From contig NC_068989.1 in assembly GCF_001194135.2 (NCBI RefSeq), forward strand, positions 17,646,229 to 17,698,604: a DNA stretch of 52,376 bases, given 5' to 3'. This DNA is from Octopus bimaculoides. Taxonomy: Eukaryota. A program made the position numbers and the translations under genes. This document shows positions 23,301-36,854 of the stretch, in pieces (within the stretch, counting starts at the first letter, position 1; every line of letters starts with the position of its first letter). Under the pieces are notes generated by a model that was given only the letters and a program-made list of their open reading frames with translations, was not told the origin of the DNA and did not search any database.

Positions 23301-25342
23301 ACAAAGATATTCAACTCTCATTCATTTGAATGCTTTGCTGTAAATATGTATTATGTGACGGTGTAGCTTTCTGCTGTTAGGAGGAAGGGCCCTGTAATAA
23401 TCCTTTCTACTATTGGCACAAGGCCTGAAAGCTTTTTGAGGAGGAGGGTTTAAGTCGATTACATCGACCACAGTGTATAACTGGTCCGTATTTAATCGAC
23501 ACCGAAAGGATAAAAGGCAAAGTCGACCTCGGTGGAATTTGAACTCAGAACGTAGCGACAGGCGAAATACCGCTAAGTCCAGCGTGTAGCCCTGTAATAA
23601 TAACGAATGACTACAGCTTAAAGAGACATTCTTTTCAAAAGAGCAAATCCCACATTAAGACAGTGTTGGCTATTCCGAAAGAAAATCGTATGAAAGGAGA
23701 GTTAAAACTTTTAGAAACAGTATAGTATGTATATGTCATTGAAAAAAACTTATCAAAATTATAGTATGTTTCAAAATTACGTTTCTGGCGGATATTCATT
23801 ATTCAAGGCGATATGTATTATAAGAGAGGATAATAAAGCATAAAATTCTGAGATACTAAGTGCTTTCCTCAAGGCACTAACGATTGAGGGAAGTGAATCA
23901 ACTTCACCAGAGAACAAAGAGTCGACCCAATATAGCGCTCCCCTTATTTTCTATTACAATCTCATACTTCTAACTCTTACAAATACTTATGTTCTATAAT
24001 ATTATATAAGAATTTACCACTGGAGTGGCACAAACAGTAGCGTATCTAATTAGATATTTTACCCTGGCTTCGTTCAAATTTCGCCGAAACCAATTTGTAT
24101 TGTTTTCTACTTTTTCCGAGATTGATAAACTAAAAATAGAAACGAAGCTCTGTGTACGCCTTAAATTACAATCGCTATCTGTGAATCATACTAAGTATAT
24201 ATTCATCTTTAAAGGGTATGAAACTGTAGAATTGTCTGAAATAAAGTCTCTTCATAGACTTGATGTGTTATTTGTGCTTCGACAAGCTTCCGCAATACCA
24301 GTGAATATTTCATTCCTGTTTCCGATATATATCTCAAGATACGCATTTCGTTTAAGCAGATGGCAATTAGATGCACGTTATTGACAAGCTAGTATTGAAT
24401 TGTAACATATTTTATCGAACTCAGGAATTTATAAGGTAAACTGATCGAGGCGAAATTAAAGTTCATGATGTAAAGAGACATAAATAATCTATAATTACCA
24501 TTGAGGTTACAGAACGGACCAGAGAAACCAGCCTTGCAGACTTTTTGACCGTTGTTATCACACATAAACCTGACTTGCTCAATGATGGGAATTTCACACT
24601 TCATCGCGCAATTAGGACCGTAATAGCCTTGGCTGCAGTAAGTCTGAAATAAAACAATTACACAAATATTCTAAGACTTTAGAAAATGGCACTTTAAAGA
24701 TTTATGCTATTTTGGTCGCAAATAGATCGTATTGAGGATAAACATGTTTATTGCACAATTTTTGCATCTCTAGAGGTGTGAGTGATATCTAATTCAAGAG
24801 AAGGTTGGACAGAAAAATAAATGCCAGCTAATTTCACTCAACCATTCTTCCAACTGCACGCCAACTGCTGCATGATACATGAAGATCAGAAATGGATGAC
24901 CAAAGATTTGATCAGTAATATTGGGTTTATCAATGTCTCCGAGCAGAGCCTAACAGTGTCCGCAACACAAGCAGCAATAAAAAGGTACATTAATACAAAT
25001 ATGAGTGATGATACTCGCAGATCAACAAAAGTAGGGCAAGAAATATCAAGATAATTTCAAGATAGTTCATAACTTTAAGACTTACTCGTATTTGATATGT
25101 CAGTTGACTACCAGTTCCATATTGACCAACCGTAGTTTGCATTTGATAACTGGCTTCTTCGATGCTCTTGTGGGGCATATTATATCCGCTGTTGTAATCA
25201 TATTTATCAATCAATTCTTGGTTGTCTTTTGCAGTAAAAGAAACAATAAATTTCTGAAAAACAGAGGTTAATGAGTATATATTCTACTAGATATAGATAC
25301 TATTGTAAAGAGTATAGATCACTAGAAATATAAGGTTATATA

Positions 25343-25397
<55 letters not shown>

Positions 25398-25449
25398 NNN
25401 NNNNNNNNNNNNNNNNNNNNNNNNNNNNNNNNNNNNNNNNNNNNNNNNN

Positions 25450-25497
<48 letters not shown>

Positions 25498-28241
25498 TCT
25501 CTACGTGTTTATATATATAGTGAGAATTTATTAAAAAAACAAAAGACGAAGACGGGTCTGTAAACAACAAACAGATGCATTAGTTTAACGCTCGGGAAGT
25601 GAGGAAGTCTTCTACGTTTCGAGCCTACGGTCTTCGACAGAAAGGAACACAGAAATAAACAGGGAGAGTAAATAGGAAAAGGTTTAGTGGCTAGCAATCT
25701 ATTATGGCGAATGCCGAACAGTGGGGGCACACAGGAGAGCTAGAAAGAAGTGGAGATAATATAATAGTGGTGATCCCAAAACGAAGGTGCTCGTGGGTGT
25801 GTATGTGAGAGCGTGTATGTGCGTGTGGAAAAGGGCTGGTAACCTTGACGTGTGAGTGTGTGCATGTGTAGGTGTGTGGATGATGGTGTGGGTGCTGGGA
25901 AGTGGTCAGTGCTAGTGTGTGCGGGGTGGTGTGATGTGGTGTATGGTGTAGTGGTGTTGGGGTGTGGAGGAAGCGAGATTGGGGGAAACAAGGGTGGGGG
26001 TCTAAGGGATGGGGTGGGGTGGGATGAGATGGTGGGGTTGGAATGTGTAGGGGTGAGGAACGAGGGAGAGGGTGACGATGAAGGGAGAGAGTGGGAGAGA
26101 GAAGGTGGGTAGGAGTGAAGAGAAGAAATAGGTGCCAGAGCAAGAGGGGAGAGGTGGGTGGGAGGAATTAGGTGTGAGAAGAAGAGAGGAGGAAGATAGT
26201 TAGATGAAGAGGGGAGGGGAGTTGAGCCCATGTAGAGCAAAAGAGCGAAGAGAGAAGATTAATCCCTGCTCTCGGCGAAGACAGGAGTCCAGACGGCCCC
26301 TGTGCAAAGACAATCCGGACATAGACAGGTGTTGTAAAGAGTGACCGGTAGAGCGAAAATGGCGCGAGACCGGGGTGTCGTTGCCGTGTTTGACGTATTG
26401 GATGTATCCGATGTTTAGAGAAGGACAGAGAGAGAGAGAGAGCAGTAGATGCGGTAGATGACGTTGTTAGAAGTGCGAAATTCTCGAAATACGGGAGTAG
26501 AAAAACAGGCAACAACTGATGAATGGTCGTTCTTTGTGTTGTTTGTCTTGTTTTCCATTTGTGTATTTCGTTGTTCGAAAAAATAGTTTATGTTCCTGTA
26601 CTCGTACTTCGTATTTTTTGTTGTTAATGTTTTGTGACGTCCTGTGCCCACACACGCATGTATATACACGTATAGATGTATGTACATATACGTATGTATA
26701 TATATGCATATGTATATATNNNNNNNNNNNNNNNNNNNNNNNNNNNNNNNNNNNNNNNNNNNNNNNNNNNNNNNNNNNNNNNNNNNNNNNNNNNNNNNNN
26801 NNNNNNNNNNNNNNNNNNNNNNNNNNNNNNNNNNNNNNNNNNNNNNNNNNNNNNNNNNNNNNNNNNNNNNNNNNNNNNNNNNNNNNNNNNNNNNNNNNNN
26901 NNNNNNNNNNNNNNNNNNNNNNNNNNNNNNNNNNNNNNNNNNNNNNNNNNNNNNNNNNNNNNNNNTATATAATTTTTTTCCTAATAAAAGGTTTTCCATT
27001 TCTCTTTCGTTTTGTATCTTTTTAGCTTCGACAGTAATCTTATTGTCTTTTTTAAATGAGGAATTTCATTTTGTTACTAACTGCAAAATCTTCTATTTTT
27101 TTTACCTTTTTGTTAGATAGCATTTAATGTTTTAAAAAAATTCAGCACCTCCAAAGATCTAAGCAGTAGTCTCTAAAATAAATTTCACTTGCCTTATTTT
27201 ACATTGTTTTATAACCTTAAATTGCTGTAGGTGAATTGTATATGTAGATAAATTGTTTTAGATGAATTGTTGTAGACAAATTCGCCGGATACCATTGAAA
27301 CAGTGGACCACCTAATCTCTGAGTCTGAAAGTCTTAATACCACCGGAGTATAAATCAAGACATGATAGAGTTGGCCAATAACTACATTGATTAATATTGT
27401 ATGTCAGCAGTATAAAATCAAAACTACGGAAATGTAATATAATCATCACCCTAGGATGTAACTGAGGGAGAAAATATAGATTCTTTGGGATTTTCCAGTA
27501 CATGCACTCCGAACCATCAATGCTAATAAATTAGATATTGCTGTGAAAGACCAAAACAATAATGTTTGTTTATTGATCAACATGAGTTTTCCTTGTGATC
27601 ATAATATCTCAGCAAAAGTCTTTGAGAAGCTCAGAAAATATAAAGATTTGCTCATTGAAATTTAACTGCCTTGAGATGTGGCATCTCAAGGCAGTTACAA
27701 AACCACTCATCGTAAGAGCACTAGCAATGATTTAAAAAAACGCAACTGAAAATGATTTCAGAATGATCCCTGGCTTCATCCAAGCAAGTAGTGCAAAAGA
27801 TTGTTTTAACAGGTACGTCTTAAAACGTACCGGGAAGAGCTTTGTCGATGTGAAAACGATTACTACTCACGTATTTTATCTTTTTTTTGTTTTTCGCAGA
27901 ACTTCATTTAATTTAGAAAATGAACAATTTGGTGTGTTTAGATTAATGGCCTATCAATGTATATAGTGAGTTTCTTTTCCCTAGGAGTCGGGAGGACACT
28001 CGGCAAGAAATGGAAAGAAAATGGAAAGAAGAAAATCTCAAAATAGTAATTCTTTCTACTTCAGGCACAAGGCCTGAAGTTTTAGTGGAAGGAGCTAGTC
28101 GATTACAACAATTTCAATGCTAAATTAAATCGACCTCGAACGGATGAAAGGCAAAATCAACCTCGACGGAATTTGAGCGGACAAAAGGCGACTGAGAATT
28201 TTGTCCGGTATACAAGCGATGCTGCTTGCTCACCGCTTAAA

Positions 28242-28296
<55 letters not shown>

Positions 28297-29223
28297 GCTG
28301 CTGCTGCTACTACTACTACTACTATTAATAATAATAATATTAATAATAATGACGAAAACAACAATAAAAACAATAACAACAACAGCAAAGAAGAAGAAGA
28401 AGAAGAAGAAGAAGAAGAAGAAGAAGAAGAAGAAGAAGAAGAAGAAGAAGAAGNNNNNNNNNNNNNNNNNNNNNNNNNNNNNNNNNNNNNNNNNNNNNNN
28501 NNNNNNNNNNNNNNNNNNNNNNNNNNNNNNNNNNNNNNNNNNNNNNNNNNNNNNNNNNNNNNNNNNNNNNNNNNNNNNNNNNNNNNNNNNNNNNNNNNNN
28601 NNNNNNNNNNNNNNNNNNNNNNNNNNNNNNNNNNNNNNNNNNNNNNNNNNNNNNNNNNNNNNNNNNNNNNNNNNNNNNNNNNNNNNNNNNNNNNNNNNNN
28701 NNNNNNNNNNNNNNNNNNNNNNNNNNNNNNNNNNNNNNNNNNNNNNNNNNNNNNNNNNNNNNNNNNNNNNNNNNNNNNNNNNNNNNNNNNNNNNNNNNNN
28801 NNNNNNNNNNNNNNNNNNNNNNNNNNNNNNNNNNNNNNNNNNNNNNNNNNNNNNNNNNNNNNNNNNNNNNNNNNNNNNNNNNNNNNNNNNNNNNNNNNNN
28901 NNNNNNNNNNNNNNNNNNNNNNNNNNNNNNNNNNNNNNNNNNNNNNNNNNNNNNNNNNNNNNNNNNNNNNNNNNNNNNNNNNNNNNNNNNNNNNNNNNNN
29001 NNNNNNNNNNNNNNNNNNNNNNNNNNNNNNNNNNNNNNNNNNNNNNNNNNNNNNNNNNNNNNNNNNNNNNNNNNNNNNNNNNNNNNNNNNNNNNNNNNNN
29101 NNNNNNNNNNNNNNNNNNNNNNNNNNNNNNNNNNNNNNNNNNNNNNNNNNNNNNNNNNNNNNNNNNNNNNNNNNNNNNNNNNNNNNNNNNNNNNNNNNNN
29201 NNNNNNNNNNNNNNNNNNNNNNN

Positions 29224-29257
<34 letters not shown>

Positions 29258-31534
29258 GCGCGCGCGCACACACACACATAAATGGAGAAGGATTATGATA
29301 TACTATTGTTATATCATGATAAACACTCCTCAGTGATATCGAACACTTACCTGAAATGGCTGAAGAACCACAAGTGTCATAGGGTTCCGTTGTGACCCAA
29401 CGTATGACGTATTTAAGTTTATGATGTTATCACCTGAAATTAATTTTTAAAAAATGAAATAAAAATTTATTGTATCAAAAGAGTGAAAAGCGATTCAATT
29501 AGGCTCGACATTTAAAATATTAAAATATATACTAAAGAAAGTATTTATAATGGATATGGACGAAGTGAATGCTATAAACGTTCAATGCCAAGGGACACTT
29601 TTGTTTAACGAAGTTGATTTTTACATTTCCAGTTTCTCTGCTTTTTAGGATGCTAAATTCGAAGAAAATGGTAGAATGTTGAAATATATTCTTTCTCCCT
29701 ATCTAATTTGTTTTCTGCACGTTCCTACTTAAAATCTCTGTGGTTCATAAAAAATAACAATAGTAAATTAACATAATGCTGGCAACACTATTTATTTAAA
29801 ACTTCACCGCTACTCTCGTCTTCAAAAAGCAGACGATATTCTGTCGTATCCTTTTCGGCGTTTGTGTTTTTCTTTCAAACCGTCTAACCGCCATTTCTAT
29901 ATTATTTATTCAGTCCTGTATAGTTTTTTTTTCTTTCAACTGTTATGTTAAAATAGCTCTATCTAACACCAATTGTATATTCTGATGCTCTTTTAACAAT
30001 CATTTTAGCATCTGTTCTTAAAGTCTCTCTCTTACGTTTCTATTTATTTTCATTTTTATTTTTGCACTTTTCGATCATCCAATGGCTATATTGATATGAT
30101 AGCGGGGAACCAGCTAAGTACTGGTCCATAGCCAAAACGATTAACTCATAACAGTCCGTGACTACGTAGTTCTGTGATTACACAGTAACATAATGTAACG
30201 GTTTCTCATATGGACACAATAGAAAACAGTCAATTGAATTGACTACTCTTCACGGCTGTCACTTTACTGCCGTGGGAGACTGAAAGGCAATCTCGGAAGG
30301 ATTTTAACTACACATAATATAATGCAAAATCATTATGGATTTGACGAGTCATACGCTGCTTTGCTGAGCAGTGTTCAAATTCTCTTGCGGATAAATCTTT
30401 ACCAGTGAATGGGATGAAAAGATTTAGCTTAACGTTACAAAAACCGGAGTTAAAGCATCAAACTTATACCTCCTAGTAATTTATGAAAGGATTAGAAAAT
30501 AAAATATTGACCTTGAGGCAAGGTAAATACACCAATACACTACTTAAGACTACAGTTAAGCTTCTACAGTGCTAGCTCTGCAAGCATCGAGTTTAAATTC
30601 TAACTCAAGTCATTTAATTTTTTTTTAAATGGCATCAAGAGAAACGAGACTGGGTTGCTGAGAAAGTTATGAGTATTTTAACATTCCATTTCATTTTTCC
30701 GCAAAAGTACAAGGAAATGGTACTGAACGGAATATTTTAAAATGTGACGAACAATACTGATGACGCCTCATAAAAATGTCGGTTAAATAGGCATAAAAGG
30801 ATTTTGCTATTAAATTGTACAAATAATGTATGCTGATTATATTAGTACACATATTTGGGTTAAATATTTATTATTACTGATTCAGTATCAAACTAATTTC
30901 ATGGTCTTGGTCAACTGCTAAACATTGTAATCATACAACTATATGGAAATATAACTTTTGTATGGAGCCAAAACTGATTAAAATCACAGCATATAACGCA
31001 CTGTCGTCAAAAACAAAACAAAAATACAATAGTTTGAAACACTTTAGTTTCAGCATAGTGCCGACAATTTGGAGCTTCTTTTCATGTTTCAGAATATTTA
31101 TCAAACAACTGAAATGATTTTCTAGTAAGCATTGTAATACAAAATCCCATTTATTAATGATGGTAAATAAGGTCTTTTGCAAGAGAGAGCTTAAAAACGA
31201 TCTATTAAAAATTATACTGATATGAACTGCATGCAAGTTCTTTCTTTCCTATGCTTGTTAAACAACTTGATTATTTTGGTGGGACCCTTCGAAAGAGATA
31301 GTTTCATAGAAAGTTTTAATAATGTGGAGAATCTAGAATGCGCTTGTTTAGTGTGAGTTCGCTCTTGCCGATGAGACATGATGTTGTAACTAGGACATGT
31401 GTGTATGCATGTATGTATGTATGTATGTATGTATGTATGTATGTATGCATGTACATATGTATGCACCCATGTATACATATACATACATGCGCGAAATTAA
31501 AAATATAAAATGGCGTCAATTTACCCTTCGCATC

Positions 31535-31581
<47 letters not shown>

Positions 31582-33069
31582 CAATTTACAAAAAACCAAA
31601 AGACGAAGACGGGTGTGTAAACAACAAACAGATGTATTAGTTTAACGCTCAGGAAGTGAGAAAGTCTTTTACGTTTCGAGCCTATGCTCTTCGACAGAAA
31701 GGAACACAGAAATAAACAAGGAGAGAAAATAGAAAAAGGTTTAATGGCNNNNNNNNNNNNNNNNNNNNNNNNNNNNNNNNNNNNNNNNNNNNNNNNNNNN
31801 NNNNNNNNNNNNNNNNNNNNNNNNNNNNNNNNNNNNNNNNNNNNNNNNNNNNNNNNNNNNNNNNNNNNNNNNNNNNNNNNNNNNNNNNNNNNNNNNNNNN
31901 NNNNNNNNNNNNNNNNNNNNNNNNNNNNNNNNNNNNNNNNNNNNNNNNNNNNNNNNNNNNNNNNNNNNNNNNNNNNNNNNNNNNNNNNNNNNNNNNNNNN
32001 NNNNNNNNNNNNNNNNNNNNCCCCATGTCTGGCAACAGGAGTCTGCGCCATGCCACACAAGCAGAAGGACCCAGTCATGGCTGTCAGACAATTTCTGCGG
32101 CTACATCACCACTAACATCTGACCACCTAACTCCCCAAACTGCAACCCCCTGATTATTATGTGTGAGGCGCAGTTGAGCGAGAGGCCAACAAAACTCCTT
32201 GTAACACCAAAGAGGAACTGAAGGCAAGGATTATGGCAGCATTCAGCAACTTAAACAAGGAGACCGTCCAGAAGAGTTGTAAGAGATTCCGAAGTCATCT
32301 GGAGGCTGTGGTTGAAGCCAATGGCGATTTTATTGAATAAATTTGCTCGTTAGTATTTCAAGATATTTTTGAAGTAGTTTTGGTAAATACATGTTAAAAT
32401 GAGATGTCAGTGTTATTTCCATAATCCTTGCCTGCAGTTCATCATGGATGTTACAAGGAGTTTTGTTGGTCTCTCGCTCAAATGCGGCCCACGCATAGTA
32501 ATCAAGGGGATTGTAGTTTGGGAATTTGTTGGCCAGATGTCAGTGGTGATGTGGTCGCAGAAATTGTCTGACAGCCATGACTGGGTTCCCCTGCTTGTCT
32601 GGCATGGTGCAAACTCCTGCTGTTAGACATAGGGTCTTTCAGCAGCCTCCCTCTTGACCCAGGCACTAGATGTAGGTCTCCGTGTGGAGACTGAGGCTGT
32701 GTGGGAAGATGAATGGAGGCATAACGTCGCCATCACTAGTGATCACTCCAAATACCAGGAGGACCCAGTCGTGACTGTCAGACAAGTTCTGCGACCACAT
32801 AACCCCTAACATCTGGCCACCTAATTCCCCAAACTGCATCCCCCTTGATTATTATGCGTGGGGCGCAGTTGAGCGAGAGACCAACAAAACTCCTTGTAAC
32901 ATCCATGATGAACTGAATACATATATAAAAATGAAAATGTTTTCTATCAATGAACCACTCAGTAGTATATTTTCTTCCCGGTTACTCTTATATGTACGTG
33001 TGTGTTCGTGTGTGTGTATATATATGTATGTATGCATGTGTGGGTGTGTGGGTGTATGTNNNNNNNNNN

Positions 33070-33119
<50 letters not shown>

Positions 33120-35100
33120 AGGATGTGATTATATCTATATTTTAAAGATAGCATTCTATCAATAGTTACCAAACTTACAAAAGAGAAAAAAACACTTTCT
33201 TGTTCAAACTTTAAAAAATCAGAATGGAAACGAGTCCGTTTAAATCCATCTTAACTTGGCAAGGGAACTGCAGCTCATAAGAAAGAAGCAACAAACCAGG
33301 AATTATCGACACACAGATGAGCAATTTGCTGATGCTTGTTGGAAAATCGGCTTTGTATAGATGCAGGTGAAAGGTTAGCTTTCTGTAGGAATTTCAACTT
33401 TTGGACAAGAACATTCTGCGTCGTTTCCCTGGCCATCGCTAATCTTTTCATGCTTATTCTTATTCTTAATTGTCCTTTACATTGACTTTTAGTGTATCTA
33501 TTTCTTACTTTCTGTCTGCTCTCCTCTATCTACTGTCGTTTGTTTCCATATGAGCGAGACTGTTGACATTATTCAGCCATTCGTTGACAGAAAGATTACG
33601 AGAATAGAAGCTTCACTTTCTACAGAAAACCGCACCAACCGCTGAAATGAATCCTATCTAGCCTTTATAACATTATTTGTCCTCTTTTATAAAAACTAGC
33701 CAATGTTGAGGTTCTACATGTCATACCACATTAGCAAATTCTGTAGAAGGCTATACGTGGCATCGCTTTGAGTCAGTAGGTATAAGTTAATGTAGTGAGG
33801 AAAGGTGAACAATTAGGCAATGCAGGACAAGGACATTTAATTTCATTTAATTAAATCTAAAATTTAGCTACACAACAAAAGTTAAAAATAGTACAAAATC
33901 GTCAAGATAGTCTCTGACAGCCGTTTCTAGGATATCCCAGCTATTGGAGCATCGTATCGAGTGAAGACGCTATAAGTTGAGAATACCGCCATCGGAAAAA
34001 TATAGGTTAGACAGTGATATTGGTTGCGATTCATTATGTCCAGGAGGGTAGGTGGATCCTATTAAATCCAGTTAGATCGTTTCATCTTTAGGTAAATCCA
34101 TAGTCAGAAAGAATGGTAGGAATAGGGAAAGAATTGTTATGCAGTGCTCTATACTGAGGGAAAATATTGGCATGCACTGCAAATCAATTCTTTCTCTACT
34201 CTCACCATTCTGTACCACTTAACCATTCTTTCTGATCATGGATTTGCTTATAGAAGACCCAATCTAACTGCATTTAATTGGACCCTCCTACCCTCTTGGT
34301 CATAATGAACCACAACCAATATCATTCATGAGGACCATTCTTTCACTGTCTCACCTATATTTCCCCGATGACGGAATACCCAGCTTATAGAGTGAGTATT
34401 CGCTCGATACGATGCACCAATAGCTGGGATATCCTAGAAACAGCTGTAGAGACTATTCTTGTAATATGTTTTCTATTCGTTATGATGCTATATTGTAGAT
34501 TGAATTAATTGAAAAAATGAAATTTACTGTCCTTGTCCTGCATTGCCTTTCCTCACTACTTTAACCTGTTTATANNNNNNNNNNNNNNNNNNNNNNNNNN
34601 NNNNNNNNNNNNNNNNNNNNNNNNNNNNNNNNNNNNNNNNNNNNNNNNNNNNNNNNNNNNNNNNNNNNNNNNNNNNNNNNNNNNNNNNNNNNNNNNNNNN
34701 NNNNNNNNNNNNNNNNNNNNNNNNNNNNNNNNNNNNNNNNNNNNNNNNNNNNNNNNNNNNNNNNNNNNNNNNNNNNNNNNNNNNNNNNNNNNNNNNNNNN
34801 NNNNNNNNNNNNNNNNNNNNNNNNNNNNNNNNNNNNNNNNNNNNNNNNNNNNNNNNNNNNNNNNNNNNNNNNNNNNNNNNNNNNNNNNNNNNNNNNNNNN
34901 NNNNNNNNNNNNNNNNNNNNNNNNNNNNNNNNNNNNNNNNNNNNNNNNNNNNNNNNNNNNNNNNNNNNNNNNNNNNNNNNNNNNNNNNNNNNNNNNNNNN
35001 NNNNNNNNNNNNNNNNNNNNNNNNNNNNNNNNNNNNNNNNNNNNNNNNNNNNNNNNNNNNNNNNNNNNNNNNNNNNNNNNNNNNNNNNNNATACATACAG

Positions 35101-35132
<32 letters not shown>

Positions 35133-36800
35133 GTATGTATGTATATATATATACATATATGCGTATATAATGTTAAATGTCGAAATAATGTCTAAGCAAA
35201 TCGTTTGAATACTTCATTTACAATCATTTCATCATAATTTAATATAATGAGTCTTCCATAATGCTGTAATCATACCGGCAACTATTGATTAAACTTCATG
35301 CAGCATGTGGGATTTTTTCATAACACATGTTGATCATGACTCGTGGGAATTTCGTAAAAGGAAATTTTAGGATTCATGTTCAACATTATTAGGCAAGAAA
35401 TCCTACATGACACAGGAAAATTAATGATTGCAGCATTACGTAAGACCGGTTATTTTGAAATATGATGAAACAATTGTAATCAAAGCATCGAAAGGAGTTG
35501 ATAACTCCATGTCTACTACTACTGGTAGAACGAAGGAAGAACGTTTTGTGGGAGTTTTGCCCCATGCGTAAAATGGAATTGAATATAAATCAGAAAGCCA
35601 ATGCAGAAGATTTCTCTGAGCGAATGCTGTCCTAAGGGGTATTCAACGTGGACAAGCGGTGGTTGATGAAGCAAAATTATCGGCTGAAGTTAGATAGACA
35701 AGAGATTCCAGACAGAGAAGTGCGCGAAAGCATCTTTTGACCCTTACTGTGACGCTCATACTCTAGAAAATTGTGAGTCTTTTGTGATTAGAGACTTCTT
35801 TAATTAGGATGTCAGCGCACTTGTTCTCTTATAGAGAGGCCCAGGTCTTAAAAAGAACCTAAACTGCCTCTCAAAGAATTAATTATAACACAAAAATATT
35901 ACACTATTCTTATGGTAGTTTTGAACTTAAGACCAAGGATCATATTTACTAGTTTTTAAAAATTTTTTATGTATAACGATGTACTTACCGATAACTCCTG
36001 TTTCTCTCGTCCCATATTCACACGATACTGTGCTACTGTCAGGTCTGGCACAAACATTGAGACTTGTTTGACATTGTAAACTTCCGAAGTTTGAGCAATG
36101 ACGTCTGTTGGCCAGTAAACGATTGAAATTTTCAAACTTGATTAGCTTCACATCAATAACATAGTTTGCTACAATTGGCTGCAAAGGAACAATAAGAACC
36201 CTTTATTAGATATGTTTAGCACACTTAACATTGGTGCATTTTATTATTGATTGAAAATAAAATTTCTTTTAACTCTTTACGATCATTTTCATTGTATACA
36301 AAAGGGCATAATAGTTAGTCTGGAGTAATATTCATGCCAGATATATAAATACAAACTGTTTAATACTCATTAAATGTTAGATTTACCTTTCTTATGATGG
36401 CGTGTTAATGTTACAAAGGCGATTAATGATGGTGGATCATGTATTTTGTACTTCAATTAATTTATGGGAGAGATACTGTTTCGCATCCTTCTAGATTGAT
36501 AGCATAAGCACGGACACAACTACATTAGGTTTGACAACGTAATGGCAAGTTTATAGCAACAGTAAGTTTGGAAACACAAGTTTGATGGCATAACTGCAAT
36601 AATTATGACAATTAAGTTTGAGAACATAAAGTTCAGTATGTTTAATAGAATAACTACAAAAATGTTATATATTTATTTATTGTTATAACATAAACACAAT
36701 GTTTGATAACTTAACTACAGACGATATATATAGTTCCCTTTCAATATATGTGTCATGTTTCGATGTAAGAAATCAATACAAATAAAATTAATGCGATATG

Positions 36801-36854
<54 letters not shown>

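Noticed and set aside
35343-35350. CGTGGGAA Su(H)/CSL site (also GTGGGAA at about 13160 and 32701)
   Set aside because: Isolated 7-8-mers inside repeats are expected by chance; no paired-site arrangement.
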